Below, piece by piece: positions 41,722 to 59,959 of a stretch of DNA of 64,000 bases (its first letter is position 1; every line of letters begins with the position of its first letter). The position numbers were made by a program, and so were the translations under genes. The notes beneath the pieces were generated by a model. That model saw only the letters and a list, made by a program, of their open reading frames with translations, ran no database searches and was not told the DNA's origin. Source of the DNA: the human T2T-CHM13v2.0 reference genome, Homo sapiens. The stretch is from the NCBI RefSeq assembly GCF_009914755.1, contig NC_060945.1, one strand, 5' to 3'.

Positions 41722-42590
41722 AATCTGGATGAATACTTGTCATGATACCTACTGTAATTAACTCTAAGTACTAGCATCATGTAGTATTGTTTCTTTTTAA
41801 TTTTTTCTTTGTAACATTTGTCAGTGATCCATGTATTGCTTTTGTGATCTGGGAAGAAAAAAGATAACTTCAAAAAGAGAAAAAGGATTTATTAGGTATG
41901 AGACACTTCATAAACCTGTGCTTCCATTTATTTACAATAGTTGAGAAGATATTGGGAACAATTCTTACTTTTTAGTGGAATCTTCATTTTTCAAGTACTC
42001 ACAAAACTTGGGAATGACTCTGCTTACAGTTTAAAGGTGCTATGGAAATATTTTTATCCAAAGATTGTCAGACTCATGGACAAATGGGGACATTAGGATT
42101 TCTCATGCAAGGTGGACAGTCCTGTGGGTAAAAGTACATGCTTCTAGCTTTTGCTTAATATGATTTCTTCAGACAGCTGCTCAATCCATAGGAAGAAGGA
42201 AGGTGATAACAATGGAACTGAATAGGGGACCTCATGCTGCTAACACTGAGAAATCTTATAATCAGTAGAGAGGTTGTAGGACTTTTTGCGCTTGTTACCA
42301 TTTTGTTCTGCCAGTAAATAATGGGGCTATAAAAGTGCGCAGTTTTTATTAAATAAACTACTATTATGGCAACCTAGAATTATTATCTTGCTCCTAATTC
42401 ATCTATAAATAGCATTTGACTAATTAGAATTTAAAAATTCAAACCAAACACATGTCCTTAGTAAGAATTCCTAATTCTAATTAAGTCTCTCTCTCTTTGT
42501 ATATACATACATATATATAGAAATACATATATGAATTTATATATTTCTTATATATATAAGAAAATATGTATATATACACACACAATTATA

Positions 42591-42704
42591 TATTATATGT
42601 ATACATATTATATATTAATATATGTATTATATGTATACATATTATATATTAATATATGTATTATATGTATACATATTATATATTAATATATGTATAATAT
42701 GTAT
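42591..42704 (+). repeat. 34-bp AT-rich minisatellite, 3 perfect copies plus a partial
   Basis: TATTATATGTATACATATTATATATTAATATATG at 42591, 42625 and 42659. Confidence 0.95.
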
Positions 42705-42937
42705 GAATTTGGCCTTCAGATAGTTTGTGAAATTTATGTTAATATCCTCTCCTTCTCTCTAGTCATGTATTATGGTATTTAATTCATAATGTTGTAGGTA
42801 AAAATAAGAACGTTATTGTTTTCCTTTGCTTTTTTTACTACTAGTGTGGTTGAACATTGTTTTCTTATTCTATTTATTGAGTAGTTTATTCTTGTTAGAA
42901 ATCCTCTTACAGTTCTTTGCCCTTGTTTTCATTAGAG

Positions 42938-43170
42938 CAAGGGGTTGTAAACTCTGAGCTGCAGACCAAATTCAACCTGCTACCTATTCTTGTAAATAAA
43001 GTTTCATTGAGAAATAACCCTGCCCATTTATTTACATATTTTATTGTTTATGTTTTTGTGGTTGTTGTTATAACAGAAGGATCAGATAGTTGTGGCAGAG
43101 ATTCTATGGCCTGGAAAGCCTAAAGTATTTACTCTCAGATTCTTTATAGATAGAGTTTATGGGATCCTAT
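42938..43170. mobile_element. MER58A MITE
   Basis: 'tgtaaataaagtttcattgag' and 'tatggcctggaaagcctaaagtatttactc'. Confidence 0.75.
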
Positions 43171-43769
43171 CTCTGTATTAGAGAGCTGGTTTATAAAAAA
43201 TATTTTTATCAATTTGAATGAGCTATTTATGAAGTAAAAATTTTAACCTTTGTTTCAAATACTTTTGCAAATATTTTAAGTATTTTGCTTGTCTCATTAG
43301 GTCCTGATGGTTTTTCATCTCTATGAGATTCCTATTTCCCCCTCTTTTGATTTCTCAGAATGCTGGGTGCTGGAGTGATGGATGTAGTATCCAATAACTT
43401 AGCACGGCTGCCACTATCCTTTTTACCACGATTCCTTTTCTCCTTTGACTTATCTCTCTTTCTCCATTTTCCTGCCCCACTTCTTACTGTTTCCTGACTT
43501 TGCTGTTGTTCGATCGTCTGTTTTCAAAGTGGGATCATTAGTTATGAAGGAAGATTTTTCATGAAGAGCCAATTAGATTGTTATATAGCTTTCTTGTATA
43601 CATTATTAGTCACTAGGTGTTTTTATAATTAAAAAGAAATGGATGAAACTCTTTCTTCCCATTCATAGTCATAATCCAATATTTTGAAAAATGTTTCTCA
43701 ACAATGGTGGTGATCAAATGATGTTGCTATGGCTTATTCCCATGTATCTAAATATTATAAATACAGGGA

Positions 43770-45163
43770 GATGGAAATCACTAGCCCCCATGATAATCAT
43801 TATTTCTCTCCTTCCTAGGCCCATGTAAAGACTTCCCAACCTCCCTTGCCATTAGGGCAGGGGCATGCATCTAATTGTAGACTAAGGTTTTGAGAGGAAG
43901 TGCCATGTGTCACTTTAAAAGTATGATTGTAAATTCCTATTGATTTGGCCACCTCAGGATCCAAAAGTTGAGACAGCGACTAAAAGACAGTGATACAACC
44001 AGTATCTTGGTTCCCTGAATGACTATATGGAGCAGAGTTCCCACATAAACTGAACATTTCATGTGAACAAGAAATTAACCCATGCCTCCATAAGCCACTG
44101 AGATTGTGTGATTAATTTGTTACCACAGTATAACCCAATTTATTCTCACTAATCCAGAAATGGATTTTAGAAATTGAGTTTTGCTATCACAAAATCCTTT
44201 ATATGTACTCAGCAGGCAGTAGACAAGTGTTGAGAATGTTGACCCTGAAGCGGGCAAAGAAGAAAATTAATGTTACATGGTAGTAAAACATTTGGTGAAA
44301 CTGTGATAAGTCAGGACTTGGAAGGCAGACCATAGGCCTAGGTACCTTTTAGCTCCTGGATGAAAGGGGGAAACTAGAACCAAAATAGTAGATGTTAACT
44401 GCTATTGGCTATGTTTGGCAAGGTACCGTTAAAACAAAAATGAATTCAGGAAAGAATCAGCTGGCTCACAAGCAGAAATGAGAAGAAATAAAGAGGATCT
44501 AGAAATGAGGATTCCTACAGTATGGGAAAAAACAACTGCCTCTTGACCCAAAGCAGTAAGCAAAGGGATTTTACAGAGCATTCAAGAAAACTGTTTGGTT
44601 GATTAAAGACCTTAAGTTGACTAAAGTCCTTAATAGTGAGGCCTTCCCATAGGTTATTGCAGATATGTTGAAGGTCGCCCCATCCAATTGAGAGAAAGTG
44701 ACATGGGGTTGAGAAAACAAAGAGCTCTCTAGGAGATCCAAGAACCAGGTATTTGAAAGTGTGAGTGTAGTTACTGGCACAGGGCAGGGACTGGAAACGG
44801 GTGGAGAAGAAGCCTCTTAAGTATTTGAGGGTAATGTGCTGCCGAAACGACCACAAGCCAGGACTGAAGAAGCCTTTGACGGTATGAGGCTGAAAATGAC
44901 CTTTGTGCACTGAAGCTTATGTGAGCAAAAGGGGGCTGGCAAAGCTGTGGAGTCTTATTTTCAGATACAGTCACAGAAGGGAATGGAAAAAAAAAAGAAA
45001 CTGTCATAGGGTAGAGACAGAAGCCACATACCGGTGGGGAGCCTTTGCTGCTTGTGCTCCGCAGGACTTCAGGATTTAAATGGGCTGAGACGTATGTCCT
45101 GTTCCTCTCCTTTCTAAAAGTGAGTATTATTGTAATTATTCTGGCTCTGCCACCCCTTCATTT

Positions 45164-45200
<37 letters not shown>

Positions 45201-45745
45201 GACAGGCAATTTGGCTTTTAAATTTAGAGGTCTCCAGACCAACAGAAACAAGCTCTGGACTTGGGAGGGATTATTGCATTCACGTAGACGCTCTGGACTT
45301 TGAGATTAAGGGACTGACTGGATGGGCTTCAGGCTGTTTCCCATGTGGTAGTGCCGAGTATGCGTTATGTGTCAGAAGAATAGCAAACTGAAAACTTAAT
45401 GAGTAAGAGGTGGTAGATAATAGTCTTCACCATAATTGATTTTTCTCCTTTTGCCTGAAAATTTCCTAACACTCCTTAAAGTACTCAGGGACAAAATTTG
45501 CCAATGAGCTGTGAACAGAAATAAAGTGCTTCTCATAAGAGTGGCTGTGAGTTCTCTAAGCTCTTCCTTTGCTATAGCAAGCGTTAAAGCCATGTGTGTT
45601 TGTGTGTTCCAGCATCACAAGATAGAGAAGTCTCCCTCAGCCCAGGTTCCAAAAACACCATGAAGAAGAGAAACCTTTGTTAACCCAAGCCAGACACATG
45701 TGCAAGAAGAGATCTTTTGTTGTACAAGCCATTGAGATATGAAGT
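43770..45745 (+). mobile_element. Ancient MLT1 MaLR, probable LTR-int-LTR
   Basis: LTR ~43770-44156 ending 'taagccactgagatt...ctaatcca', then an int-like start 'gaaatggattttagaaattgag...tgctatcacaaaa', then a second LTR-like block ~45410-45745 with 'aagccattgagat'. Confidence 0.55.
45167..45198 (+). repeat. (GT)16 microsatellite
   Basis: Pure GT run. Confidence 0.95.
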
Positions 45746-46010
45746 TAACATTTTAAAAAAATCAATGTTACAACAAGTTCTCTATTTGAAAAGCTTACCT
45801 GGGATTAGTCCCAGGTTAATAATGGTGTAGAACACTTAAATAAGAAAGCAAAGGCTGCTCAGAATAAAGACTACTTAATATACATTCAAGTTAAAAGAAA
45901 GCTGAAAGATCCTATTTGGCAAATTCTGATCCCCTAAAAACTGTATTTCATGCCCTTAACAATTGTTCATAAATTGTAAGACATAAATTATTTGATTCTA
46001 AACATATTCC

Positions 46011-46471
<461 letters not shown>

Positions 46472-47700
46472 TAGTTTTATCTAAGGACATCAGAGTAACT
46501 TCTTTAATATTTTATAAGATTCTCAACAAACAACAGTGCTTACATTAGGGAAATAAAGCATTCACTAATTAAAAAGTTCTGAGGATATAGATCTACAGTT
46601 AATATAAATTATGTACTGGTTTAATGTGTGGTGATAAGTCAAGAAACTTTATTTAAAATATGACTATATCAAATTATTTACTTTCCTGCTTAATTGTTGG
46701 TACAAACTTTAATGAAGATTGGAGTTTCCTAGGAAAGGTAAATGAGAGTTCTAAAATTGAATAGCGTTCACTGCAGGAGAACTTGGGAAACTGAAACTTA
46801 GTTTTATAGAGACAAAGAAAATAAAACTAAGTAGATAAAACTGACCTGTAATGTATTTCTTAGGAAATACGTGCATGCATATCTTTTTTGTTTCTATAAA
46901 CAATCATTTCTACATATTCTTTTTATAATAATGTGGGGATTGTCAAATTTTCATGTTTGCAAATTAAAATCTATACATGAAATTGCCTGAATTGTGAAAA
47001 ACTATAGCTATTCCTGAAGCTTTTCAGTTAATTTTACAAACATTGAGTCTTATTTTCTTGTTTAAACTTTGCTCTTTTCTTTAGAGTACAGTCTTTTTAT
47101 GTCTCTCAAGCAGCCTCTGATCTTGCACTCGACCTGCCCATAAATATGAGACAGATGGAAATAAATAATCCACTCGAAAATCCACTTGACACAAGTACTA
47201 CATTTTATGTCTTACAGGACTGGAAATGGCTCTGAATTTAAAGTCATTTCAGGACTCTATGACACTTAGAGAAGATGTCTTTTGATTTTTCCCATCTAAC
47301 TAGAAATTTCTGGCCTTCTTCAACCTTCATGTAATAGTGAATTTATTGATACTGCATTTGCAAGGTTGACGTTTCATTTCTAAGAAAAGAATGTTTACTA
47401 CAATTAGATGAGAAGAGTCTCTTCTGGTCAAAGAAGATCTCTTAAGAGTAGTTCACATGGGGAAAAGAAAAGTGAGTATCGTTTATTTTTAGTAGTGGGC
47501 TTGTATTGCTGTTTTGCATCTGCATTTGTAAGTAGCTTTAAAAATCCAATATCCATGCCAAGAATGATTGTAGAAACACATACAAACCTTATTTTTTTAT
47601 TCCTTACATTACTTTAATTTCAAATCATTCGTATGTATTTCCTAGTAAGGTAAGCAGAATGGTTCTTTTTCACGGCATCCCACAAATTCTCAGTGTAATT

Positions 47701-48063
47701 CAGTAGTCCTCTCTTATCCGTGGTTTTGCTTTCTGAGGTTTCAGTTTTACCCACAGTCAACTGCGATCCAAAAATATTAAACGGAAAATTCCAGAAACAA
47801 ACAATTTAGAAGTTTAAATTGCGCACCATTCTGAATAACGTGATGGAATCTTGTGCTATCCTGTTCTGTCCAGCCCAGGACATGAAACATCCTTTTGTCT
47901 AGCATATCCACATTGTGGAGGCTACTCCGTCCTCAGTCACTTAGTTTCTGTCTCATCATCAGATCGAAAAACACAGTATGTATCAGGTTTGGTACTCTCT
48001 GTGGTTTTAGGTATATACTGGGGGTCTTGGAACACATCCTCCTAGGATTAGTAGGGACTATTG
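47701..48063. mobile_element. MER44A (Tigger7-derived MITE)
   Basis: TIRs 'cagtagtcctctcttatcc' and 'ggattagtagggactattg', followed by TA. Confidence 0.85.
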
Positions 48064-48102
48064 TAATATTGCATTGAGGACAACTCTTTGTCAAGATAAT
48101 TT

Positions 48103-50121
<2,019 letters not shown>

Positions 50122-51169
50122 TCATCCTAAAACTTGAAATGAAAGCAACTGATAAAGACAATAAGCCTACTAAAGAAACATGCCATGGAACTAGCTGTAG
50201 GTAGATGGACAAGGGTTGAGAGGGAAGGCAATCAGATGGCTAGAGTGGTAAGTTTTCAAAATATTGGCATTCACCTTTCTTAGCTTCCTCACTGCTGCTT
50301 AGTGGAGTATTTTTTGGCAGATAATTTCTCTGCATTTTTATGTGTTTAATGAGAAACATCTTTATATTTTGAAGATGATTGAGATAGTTTCTCTTTGAGG
50401 GCTATTTTATCTGTGCTCCAAAACCCAAATAGAAGCTTTTAGCTGATTAATGTGAATATTGAAAGCATAAATACAAATTAAACTTCTCTCCCTCTGTGTC
50501 TCTTAACCCAATCTTTCTGTTTAACTAACAAAATAAGCAAAAACAGCACACGTATTTTTATTTAGAAACATTATCAAAATTAAGGCAAGAGTTCCAAATG
50601 CCAGCTGTGCCATGAACTGTAAGTAATTTCTGGAACAATTATTAGAAAAAATAATTTTGTTTAATAAATTACTTGAGAGGCTCAGAATATGTCTCTTATG
50701 ACTTTACATATTTACATAAATGAGAAGTACTAAAATTGAAGTCATTAAAAGATGTTTATTTACTTCAGAACTCTACACCAATAATTTACTTGATTCCACC
50801 GAACGCAGTCTGTTCTCCCTGCCCTTAGGTAATGACATGTATGCTAATCGCTCATTTCGCTGGAACATTTAAAAAATGTATTTTAGATTGCTTTAGAAAC
50901 TCAATTTATAACTTCTTCAGATGCTCAAAGCCAAATGCAGGACTGTAATACATCTTTAAGAGACAGCGGCGTTTTTGTGAAAATAACTAAAAGATCAGTA
51001 AATAGAAAACAGAAAACATTGAAGACATTTCAATTCTTTCACTTAAGGAAGAAATATTTACACTGTCAAATGTCCCTGAAAGGCATTGAGGAGATTTACA
51101 TAGAACGTCAAATATTTCTGATTATGAAATGGGTTATTTTTAAAGTGGTCTTTCTCTTTTGTAGCAGAA

Positions 51170-51770
51170 TTATTAGTAGAGGCAGTGCTGGTATCAATGG
51201 TAGCAATGTCTATTGAGAGCTTACTAGATACCAAGCACTGTACTAAATGCTGTGCAAGATTTCTCATTTAATTGACTCTTCCCTTGCTGAAATCCTGAAG
51301 TTCATTTTATTTGTATTATACAGATAAGGAAACTGAGTCTTAGATAAGTTCATTTGTTAAAGGTCACAAAGCTAGAGGGTTACTGAGCTGAAACTACAGC
51401 AGCCAAGCCTGTAAATGTTACTTAAATTTTCTGAGTCTTAAATTTGTTTTCCTAGGTAGAATAAAAATGATAAGACCGATCTCTGATAATGCTTATTATT
51501 ACTAAATGAGGTAACAAATGTGAAGATACACAACACATGTTTAATAAATGTTACTTATCCTCCTTAATTAGCTATGCACATGTCACCAAAACGCTGCCAT
51601 CTATGACATTACATTTAAATTATGTGTATATCCTATTACTAAACTATGAGCTCTGAGATGATTTGGATGGAACCATGTTTTAGTCCTCCAGTATCTCCTT
51701 ATCTATTACCACATACACACCCCAGTACGTTGTAAGCATGCAATCGATGTTGACTATTAAAAAATGAATG
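51170..51770. mobile_element. Two opposed MIRs plus an L2 3' end
   Basis: 'tacagataaggaaactgag...aaggtcaca'; 'ttctgagtctt...ctaaatgaggtaac'; 'aaactatgagctct...aatgaatg'. Confidence 0.55.
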
Positions 51771-52049
51771 GGGGAGAGCGCAAGGAATGCACCCATGTGA
51801 TATTGGTTGGAAGGCAGTTGGACAATATAGTTTAGATTTTGAAATGTGCTTACTCTTTGGTTTAACAATTCCACTTCTAAAAAGGATGGGGCTTGTGAAC
51901 TAAGATATATTTCACCTATAGTCATCACAACATTGTCTTCAATATGGGAAAGTCAAAAACATCCTAATTGTCAATTTAAAAATTGTAACAGGCCAACCAT
52001 GGAATAGTATGAAGTCATTAAATGATGTGCAAATGCACTTAGTGGTGAG

Positions 52050-52230
52050 AGAGTCTCCATTTGAGGGTAGAGGGTAGGGGGAGCGAGAGAAGCAGAAAAA
52101 GTAACTATTGGGTACTAGATTTAATACCTGGATTTGTTGTCATTATTTCACCTGTACAACACCCATGACACGAGTTTACCTATTTATGAAACCTTCACAT
52201 GTACCCTCTAACCTAAAAGTTTAAAAAAGA
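52050..52230 (+). mobile_element. Old L1P 3' UTR fragment inside older L1M sequence
   Basis: 'aaaaagtaactattgggtactag...catgacacgagtttaccta...cacatgtaccc...aacctaaaa'. Confidence 0.75.
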
Positions 52231-52763
52231 TATATTTGTTAATATGTGAAAAGGGATGTGATATAAATATATGATCATCTTCCTGATACACACATGCACA
52301 CTATAAAATTAATAAGTCAAAAAATAGTTATATCTGGGTAAAGGATCACAAGCTATCTTTATTTCTCACACTTTTCTTTATTCCTTTAAAATATTTTGTA
52401 GAAAGTATGTATATCTTAATCTGCAGAAAAAAGTAAGTTACTTTAAGAGATGAATGGCATCATTCTCAATAATTGGGTTTTTGACATAAGGCTTCAGCAA
52501 TGGATGGTATTAGGTTTTTAAAATATTGAGCAAGCCATACCTTAAAAGAATCATTTGGTATTAGGAAATTATTTAAAGCAATGCCTTTTAGGCTATTAGC
52601 AACTTTTTTTTACTTCGTTAATAATTAAATATAGGAGGCTTTAAGTCGTTTCTCAGATTACTTCTTTTTCTACCCTTTGTGTTTACATGAGGTTAAACAT
52701 CTAGAACTTTGAGATAGAAGATTTGTTTGTGTTGTTTGATGACGGGGAAAGATTCGGGATGTG

Positions 52764-53408
<645 letters not shown>

Positions 53409-56089
53409 AAATGTTTGAAAACCTTCTGTTAGATAAAACTACAGGAAACTCCAAGATGGTTCATTCTATGATTTTTTTTAAATGTGAGTATACATTAATA
53501 TTAAAAGGGAAGATCTGTTTCTATGTCAGAGAAATATCAACAAGGGAACACTTGGTTCTAAGCAGGTTGTCTGTAAGCCTACTGTAGGAAGAAGTTATTT
53601 TATGAAAAGTAAAACAATAAAAATAAAACTTTCATGTTCTATCTTGGGAGAGAGAGGTATCTTGACAACTGCTGTTTGTCACAGTAGACAGAATGAGATT
53701 CAGAATGGCAGACCCAAGAAGAGGGGCAATAAATATAGAAAAAACTACATATGACATGTGAGTATATGAGGAAATGTGATTCTGGAGATCAAAAGTGAAA
53801 TCAGAATATGAGATTTCAGGAAATCTAGCCATCTTGAGGTAGCTATAGAATAATTTTTAAGCATCCATTTTTAATTTTCATGAGTCTTAAATGATTACAA
53901 ATGAGCCTCTACTAGCAAAGGTCTGGGAAAAATTGGACATGATTGCCCTGCCATGATTGCCCTGCCTTGTCCATGATTGTCCTTAAAGAGAATTTCTTTC
54001 CTGGTTTATTGTTGTCTCTTATGATCTTTGCAGTTGAGTATTCCTAAATGAGGTGAAGCAACTAGAACACAGAAGGACTGAATATGGCTTGGAAGAACTT
54101 TGTAACAATGGTGGTTATCTACTACGTAATTACAGTTTTCTTGTGATTGCAGCTTTTATAAAATGTATTTCTCTCACAGAAAGACATTTTATATAGAGAA
54201 TACCAAACTTAGTTTTGGGCATTAGACCTAAATTCTATACTGAAGACCACCGGGTCTCTTTCATTATGTGAAATAAATGAGATTTAGCGCCCAGTAGGGT
54301 CTGTGATTATTCAACTCTACTAAAAGTTGCTCGAGACTTTGATTTTGCAGAACACATTAATATTAATTTTGTTACTTGAACATTTGCTTTTCATATAACA
54401 GAATCCACATGCTTGGTTAAGGCCAACATATGCTGTTTATTATGCAGGTTTATCTGTTCCTGATGATACAGCACATAAATCAAATCTAAATTAAACCAAT
54501 ACCACTTTTCCCCTATGCCATGATATTTGGGGACAATATTGTTGGCTAAGGAATCATGAGAAAATGAAATACTTTTGCTTGTTGAACAGGACACAGTATA
54601 TTTAGAATTTTTTTGGGAGATACTCCTATTGACCTCAATAATAACACCATTATTGAACAGGAATTTTAGGTATTCCCATTGTAAGTCCTGCTGTTGATGC
54701 AGTTATTTTGCTTAGCTTTTAAAATTTTTCTAGTAGTTACATATGATCTTCCAAGCCAATGAAATTTAAAAAATTAAATTGGCTTAGTGGGACTATGACT
54801 TTTTGCTTATTTGGTTGGTTTTTAAATCTGGGAAAGAGAGTATGACATTAATCATATACTGCACATGTTTGAAAAAGTTTGGGGCACTGATTTTTGTTCT
54901 TTTTGTCTTCAGTGGAATAAAATGTTGGTGCAACAACATTCAGATAAATGTTGGGTAATTTCTTATTTGAAAACGGTTTATTAAACTACAGCATGGAAGG
55001 AATATGGAGAGACATCTTTGTTAATGGTTTTTAAAATTGTCTTTATTACCAAACCCCTTATTTTCATATTGAGCTGTACTGAAGAAAGCATTTTTGTGAT
55101 AATTTTTTGTGTTTCCATACCCTTTATTCAATGAGGAAATATTTATCAAGCTCGTAAACACAATACACTTTGAATTGGCGACTGTAAGCCTAATCCCAAG
55201 GCTCTCAAACTCCCATCATAAAGATAGACATATTGGCACAACTAACTTGTCAAATAGATCAGTACATCTAAGACTCAGCTCACATATTACCCCCTCTGGA
55301 CAGCTTTCATCTATTCATTGAGTTTGTTTTATTCATTTGCCTGTTTGTTTCCTTCCAGAGCTAGAAGTTATCTTCCCTGCCTGTCAACTGTCATGGCAGT
55401 TTTTATCTCTAAGCTTTGGTTGCAAGGAACAGATTCATTCAATTCACCTCAAAGTAAAGGCAAGATTCTTACAAGATTTCTAAGGGTTTGGAAGTGGAAT
55501 CTCCTCAGGACTAGAACAGGCGCTCTAGCTCGAACTGCAACTCACTCTGGGGCTCAGTGGTCTCTCTACTTGGCATTTTCATCCCTCTCTCTCTGCTTTG
55601 CATGATCCTTGGCGACACTTGCTCTACTTCCCTACATCACCTCTTACTGACCCCACTGCTGGGTTTCTTGGCTCTAATTCCCAATGTAAGACCGGCTACT
55701 TTACTTTCCATGCCAGCTCCCCTCCAGGGGTTGTGGCAAGTCTATGAAATGCTTTCTGACATTTGTCCTGTAGTTTCCACTCATAGCTGGCACTTGGATA
55801 AGCAAGACATGATGAATATTGAATCATTCTGTGAGTGTCTAATAAGTGGAAGGTGAGTTTTTAAAACACATACTAAAAATGAAGTGTTCAGGATTTCTGT
55901 TTCTACTAAAGATTGTCAGAAAGCTGGAGAAAGGAGCATGATACTCAAAATGGGTTTAACAATGCATCAAAAATATTGTCTCATTCTTTTCAACAGAAAT
56001 TAAAGTATTTCTGCCTGAATAATTAGCAAGATAATGTATCAAAAGACCATATGTTATGAAAATATAAAAAAAGATTCAGTGAATTCTGT

Positions 56090-56990
56090 TTGATCCTCAT
56101 CATATCTGGCCTGTCTGTATTTGACAGCATTGAACACTCTTGTCTTCTTTACCCTTTATTCTTAGCTTCTAGAATACCCCGTGCCTTGTGTCTCTTCTTA
56201 CCCATCCCCCAACTAATTCCCTCTCAGACTCCTCTGTTGGCTTCTCTTCTCTTTTCTCTGTCTTTTTAAAAAACCTGCTTTTCAAGTATTGGTGACATTG
56301 AGGCGATTGTTCTTGGATATATTCTCAACTATCCAACCACCATGACCAATATCCTTCTCTCCCATGAGATTATCAGTCAACTGTAATCATAAAAGCTATG
56401 TTTCCATCCTCAACTTCTCTACTAAGTTCCAACTTACAGGAATTTTCCGTATGGTTTACTGGACTTTTCCAGCTGGAAAAGTCATATGTAATCCTGCCTT
56501 GCCAAATCCAACTATTTGTCTCCACCCCTCTCCCTTGACACTTTTTCTGACTTTTGTATTTTTTATGTCAATGAACATTTCCAACTAGTCACCCAAGTCA
56601 CAAAGGGTGAATAATTATCTCCTTCCTTGTTCTAAGTCCCGGAGTAAATCATATTGTCTAGTCTACTATTTTTACTCATTCAGGGCTTGTCTCCAGTCTC
56701 CATTCCTTCTGCTCTTAGTTTAGAACTTCCTTGTATCTCCCATGACTCTTTTCCCTATTTGGGGATCATTCTTCTCTGTTCTATAGTCCTCATTGCTTCC
56801 AGAGTGAGTTCACTAGAATATAAATATGTCATGCTACTCTTTTTAAAAAAAGCCATTTTTAAAGGCTTCTCAATGCCCACAGAATCAAGCTCATACTCAA
56901 CTTGATGTCATCAAAGATATTCAGGGATCATGTTCCTCCTCTCTCCTTTGTTCTTATCCTTCCCTTTCACATGCTTCTTCCTGTACCTGT
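56090..56990 (+). mobile_element. L2 ORF2/3' region, highly diverged
   Basis: Pyrimidine-rich; 'tatttgacagcattgaacactct', 'ctagtcacccaagtca', 'aaaggcttctcaatgcccacagaatcaa'. Confidence 0.55.
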
Positions 56991-57333
56991 ACCTGTACCT
57001 GACATAAACACATAAAGTAAGAAGATCTGGTTTGTATAGAAGATTAAATAAAACACAATCTTTCAACATTCTTATGAAGTCTGTGAATTAAAATTATCAC
57101 TTTAAAATTTTATATTAATCCCCTATAAACTGTGTAAATATTTTTTACTTCTGATAAAACACATAAGATTATTTTTAGTAAAGATTGCCATAATACCTGG
57201 CTTAGCAATAGAAGGAGTAACATATATTTTTGGTTTTGAATCAATTAAATGACAAATAAAATATGCTACTGTGTGACTTATGACCAATAAAAGGTGTAAA
57301 TTGTGTAACTTGAACCTATGATATCTTAATTTA

Positions 57334-57714
<381 letters not shown>

Positions 57715-59618
57715 TTAGGAAAATAAATGGAGTCCGACGTTTCAGTGCTCCTTCTCCTGAGTGATTTCAGAGACTATTTGGGAACATGATTTACTGACAT
57801 ATGACGTGGACTGTAAGAAGAATCTGTATAGAAAAGTGGGGTTGGCTGAGAAAAATGGTTACTTTCTTCAGTGTGAAGAGTTTTGAACTAGATAATTTGT
57901 AGGAAAGGTCAGAAATTCAATTTTGGCTGCTTAAAAATGCCTTTGTTCTGTTTCAATTGCATCATCAAAATATGATTTTTCTCCCCTATCATATAAGTTC
58001 TGTATGACTAGTTGGACAGAATGATTGTTAAAATTTACCAAACTAATTTTAAGGTTTCTAGTCGATTTGATATCATGTTCCTTGTATAATCAATAAACTT
58101 TAGATGATTGGTGTTCTTCTAAAGTCAACATCGTATAAGAAATAATAAATTCCTTCCTGGAAGAATATACTCAGACCATATAAAACAATCACTGAAATTA
58201 TTTTAATGAGAAAAGGTAAATATTTTCAACATGTTTATTTCAGTAGGCATAAAAATGAATTGGCCAATTTAAATAAGTATAATTTATCAAGTTAACTGTG
58301 TAAAACCCACAAAAAAGTTAAACAACTAAAGATACTACTCTATTTAATAAAATAGGTCTATCTATGAAAGTCTGTCTTTTGAAAGAGATTACTATAAGAC
58401 AAGATATAATAAAAATGTAAAGAAGACATAATAGAACAATGTCCTCCTTTCTCTTGTTTTTTGTTTGTTTTCATTTTATATATCTCCTTTGTGTATCATG
58501 ATGTATATATTAAGACTGGTTGCTCTTTCTTATTTTTATTTCCTGGAAAGACTTTGTTTGTTTTGTGTGTCTCTGAATTCTGAAGAGTGTTGTTATTTTT
58601 TTCTGTCACTCTTTCTTAAATCGGTTTTCCCATAAAATTCATTCAGAGAAATAAAATGCAAGCAGCTCTTTCTAATACTATGCCTTAGGAGGAAATATTA
58701 CTCTATGTGACTTCAAAATTTGGTCTAGTCTATTCCAAAGGCTTAAACAGAAAATGTAAGTAGATACATGGAAGATACATATGGCACTGCATTAGCTCAC
58801 AACTATAACATGTTTTGGTCATGTGTATTGGTTTCCTATTGTTGCCATTACAAATGACCACAAACCCCAGTGTAATTATCAGGTTCTTAACTACTTATGT
58901 CACACTGTTAGAATGACCATGGATTAACATGGATTAGTTTGTCACAATATGTATGGTTTTCTGGAATTGTAGAATATTAGGATCAGTGCCATGTATAGAA
59001 GAATACTTGCTTCTTTGAGAAGTAGGAGCTGTCTGTCCATTTCTGGTCCAGGGACTAAAAGGGAAACTAATGAGGGAGGACTGACTATAAAGGTAACATA
59101 ATGTAGTGATTAATTTTGTCCTAGCCTAGGGCCTAACGTGTGAGGAATTATATGGTCTATTTGTAGAACTATACATAGAACACTTGATCGTGCTTCTCAG
59201 AATAAGACAAAGGCCTCTAGGAAGAGGTATTTGCTTCCTCATTTTCTAGATCTTAATTTAAGCAAGCCAAGGAGTCAGTGAGATGTCCCCACAGGATCCG
59301 ATGGTTAGTAGGAACACCGTTTAACACCAAATCATCAAATTGTAGAAGTTTGATGCTAGAAAGGATCTTGAAAGACCATGTTCTCTACCATTTTTAACAT
59401 GACAGAGTGTATACATTAGATAAGGAAAATAAAAAAAAGGTGCCGAGGGTCCATCTACTCATTATAATGGGCACAGAACAGCAAAACTACAGGTGGACTG
59501 TTCTCCACCTCCTACCTCCTCACAAGTTGCTAACTTGTAGGTTAGAACTGTACTTGGAAACAGGCTGTATATAATACTTACATATAATTGTATTCAACTA
59601 GCTATTAAACATATATAA

Positions 59619-59959
<341 letters not shown>

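Noticed and set aside
44515-44910. 131-aa minus-strand ORF
   Set aside because: No recognisable domain; antisense to the probable MLT1 internal region.
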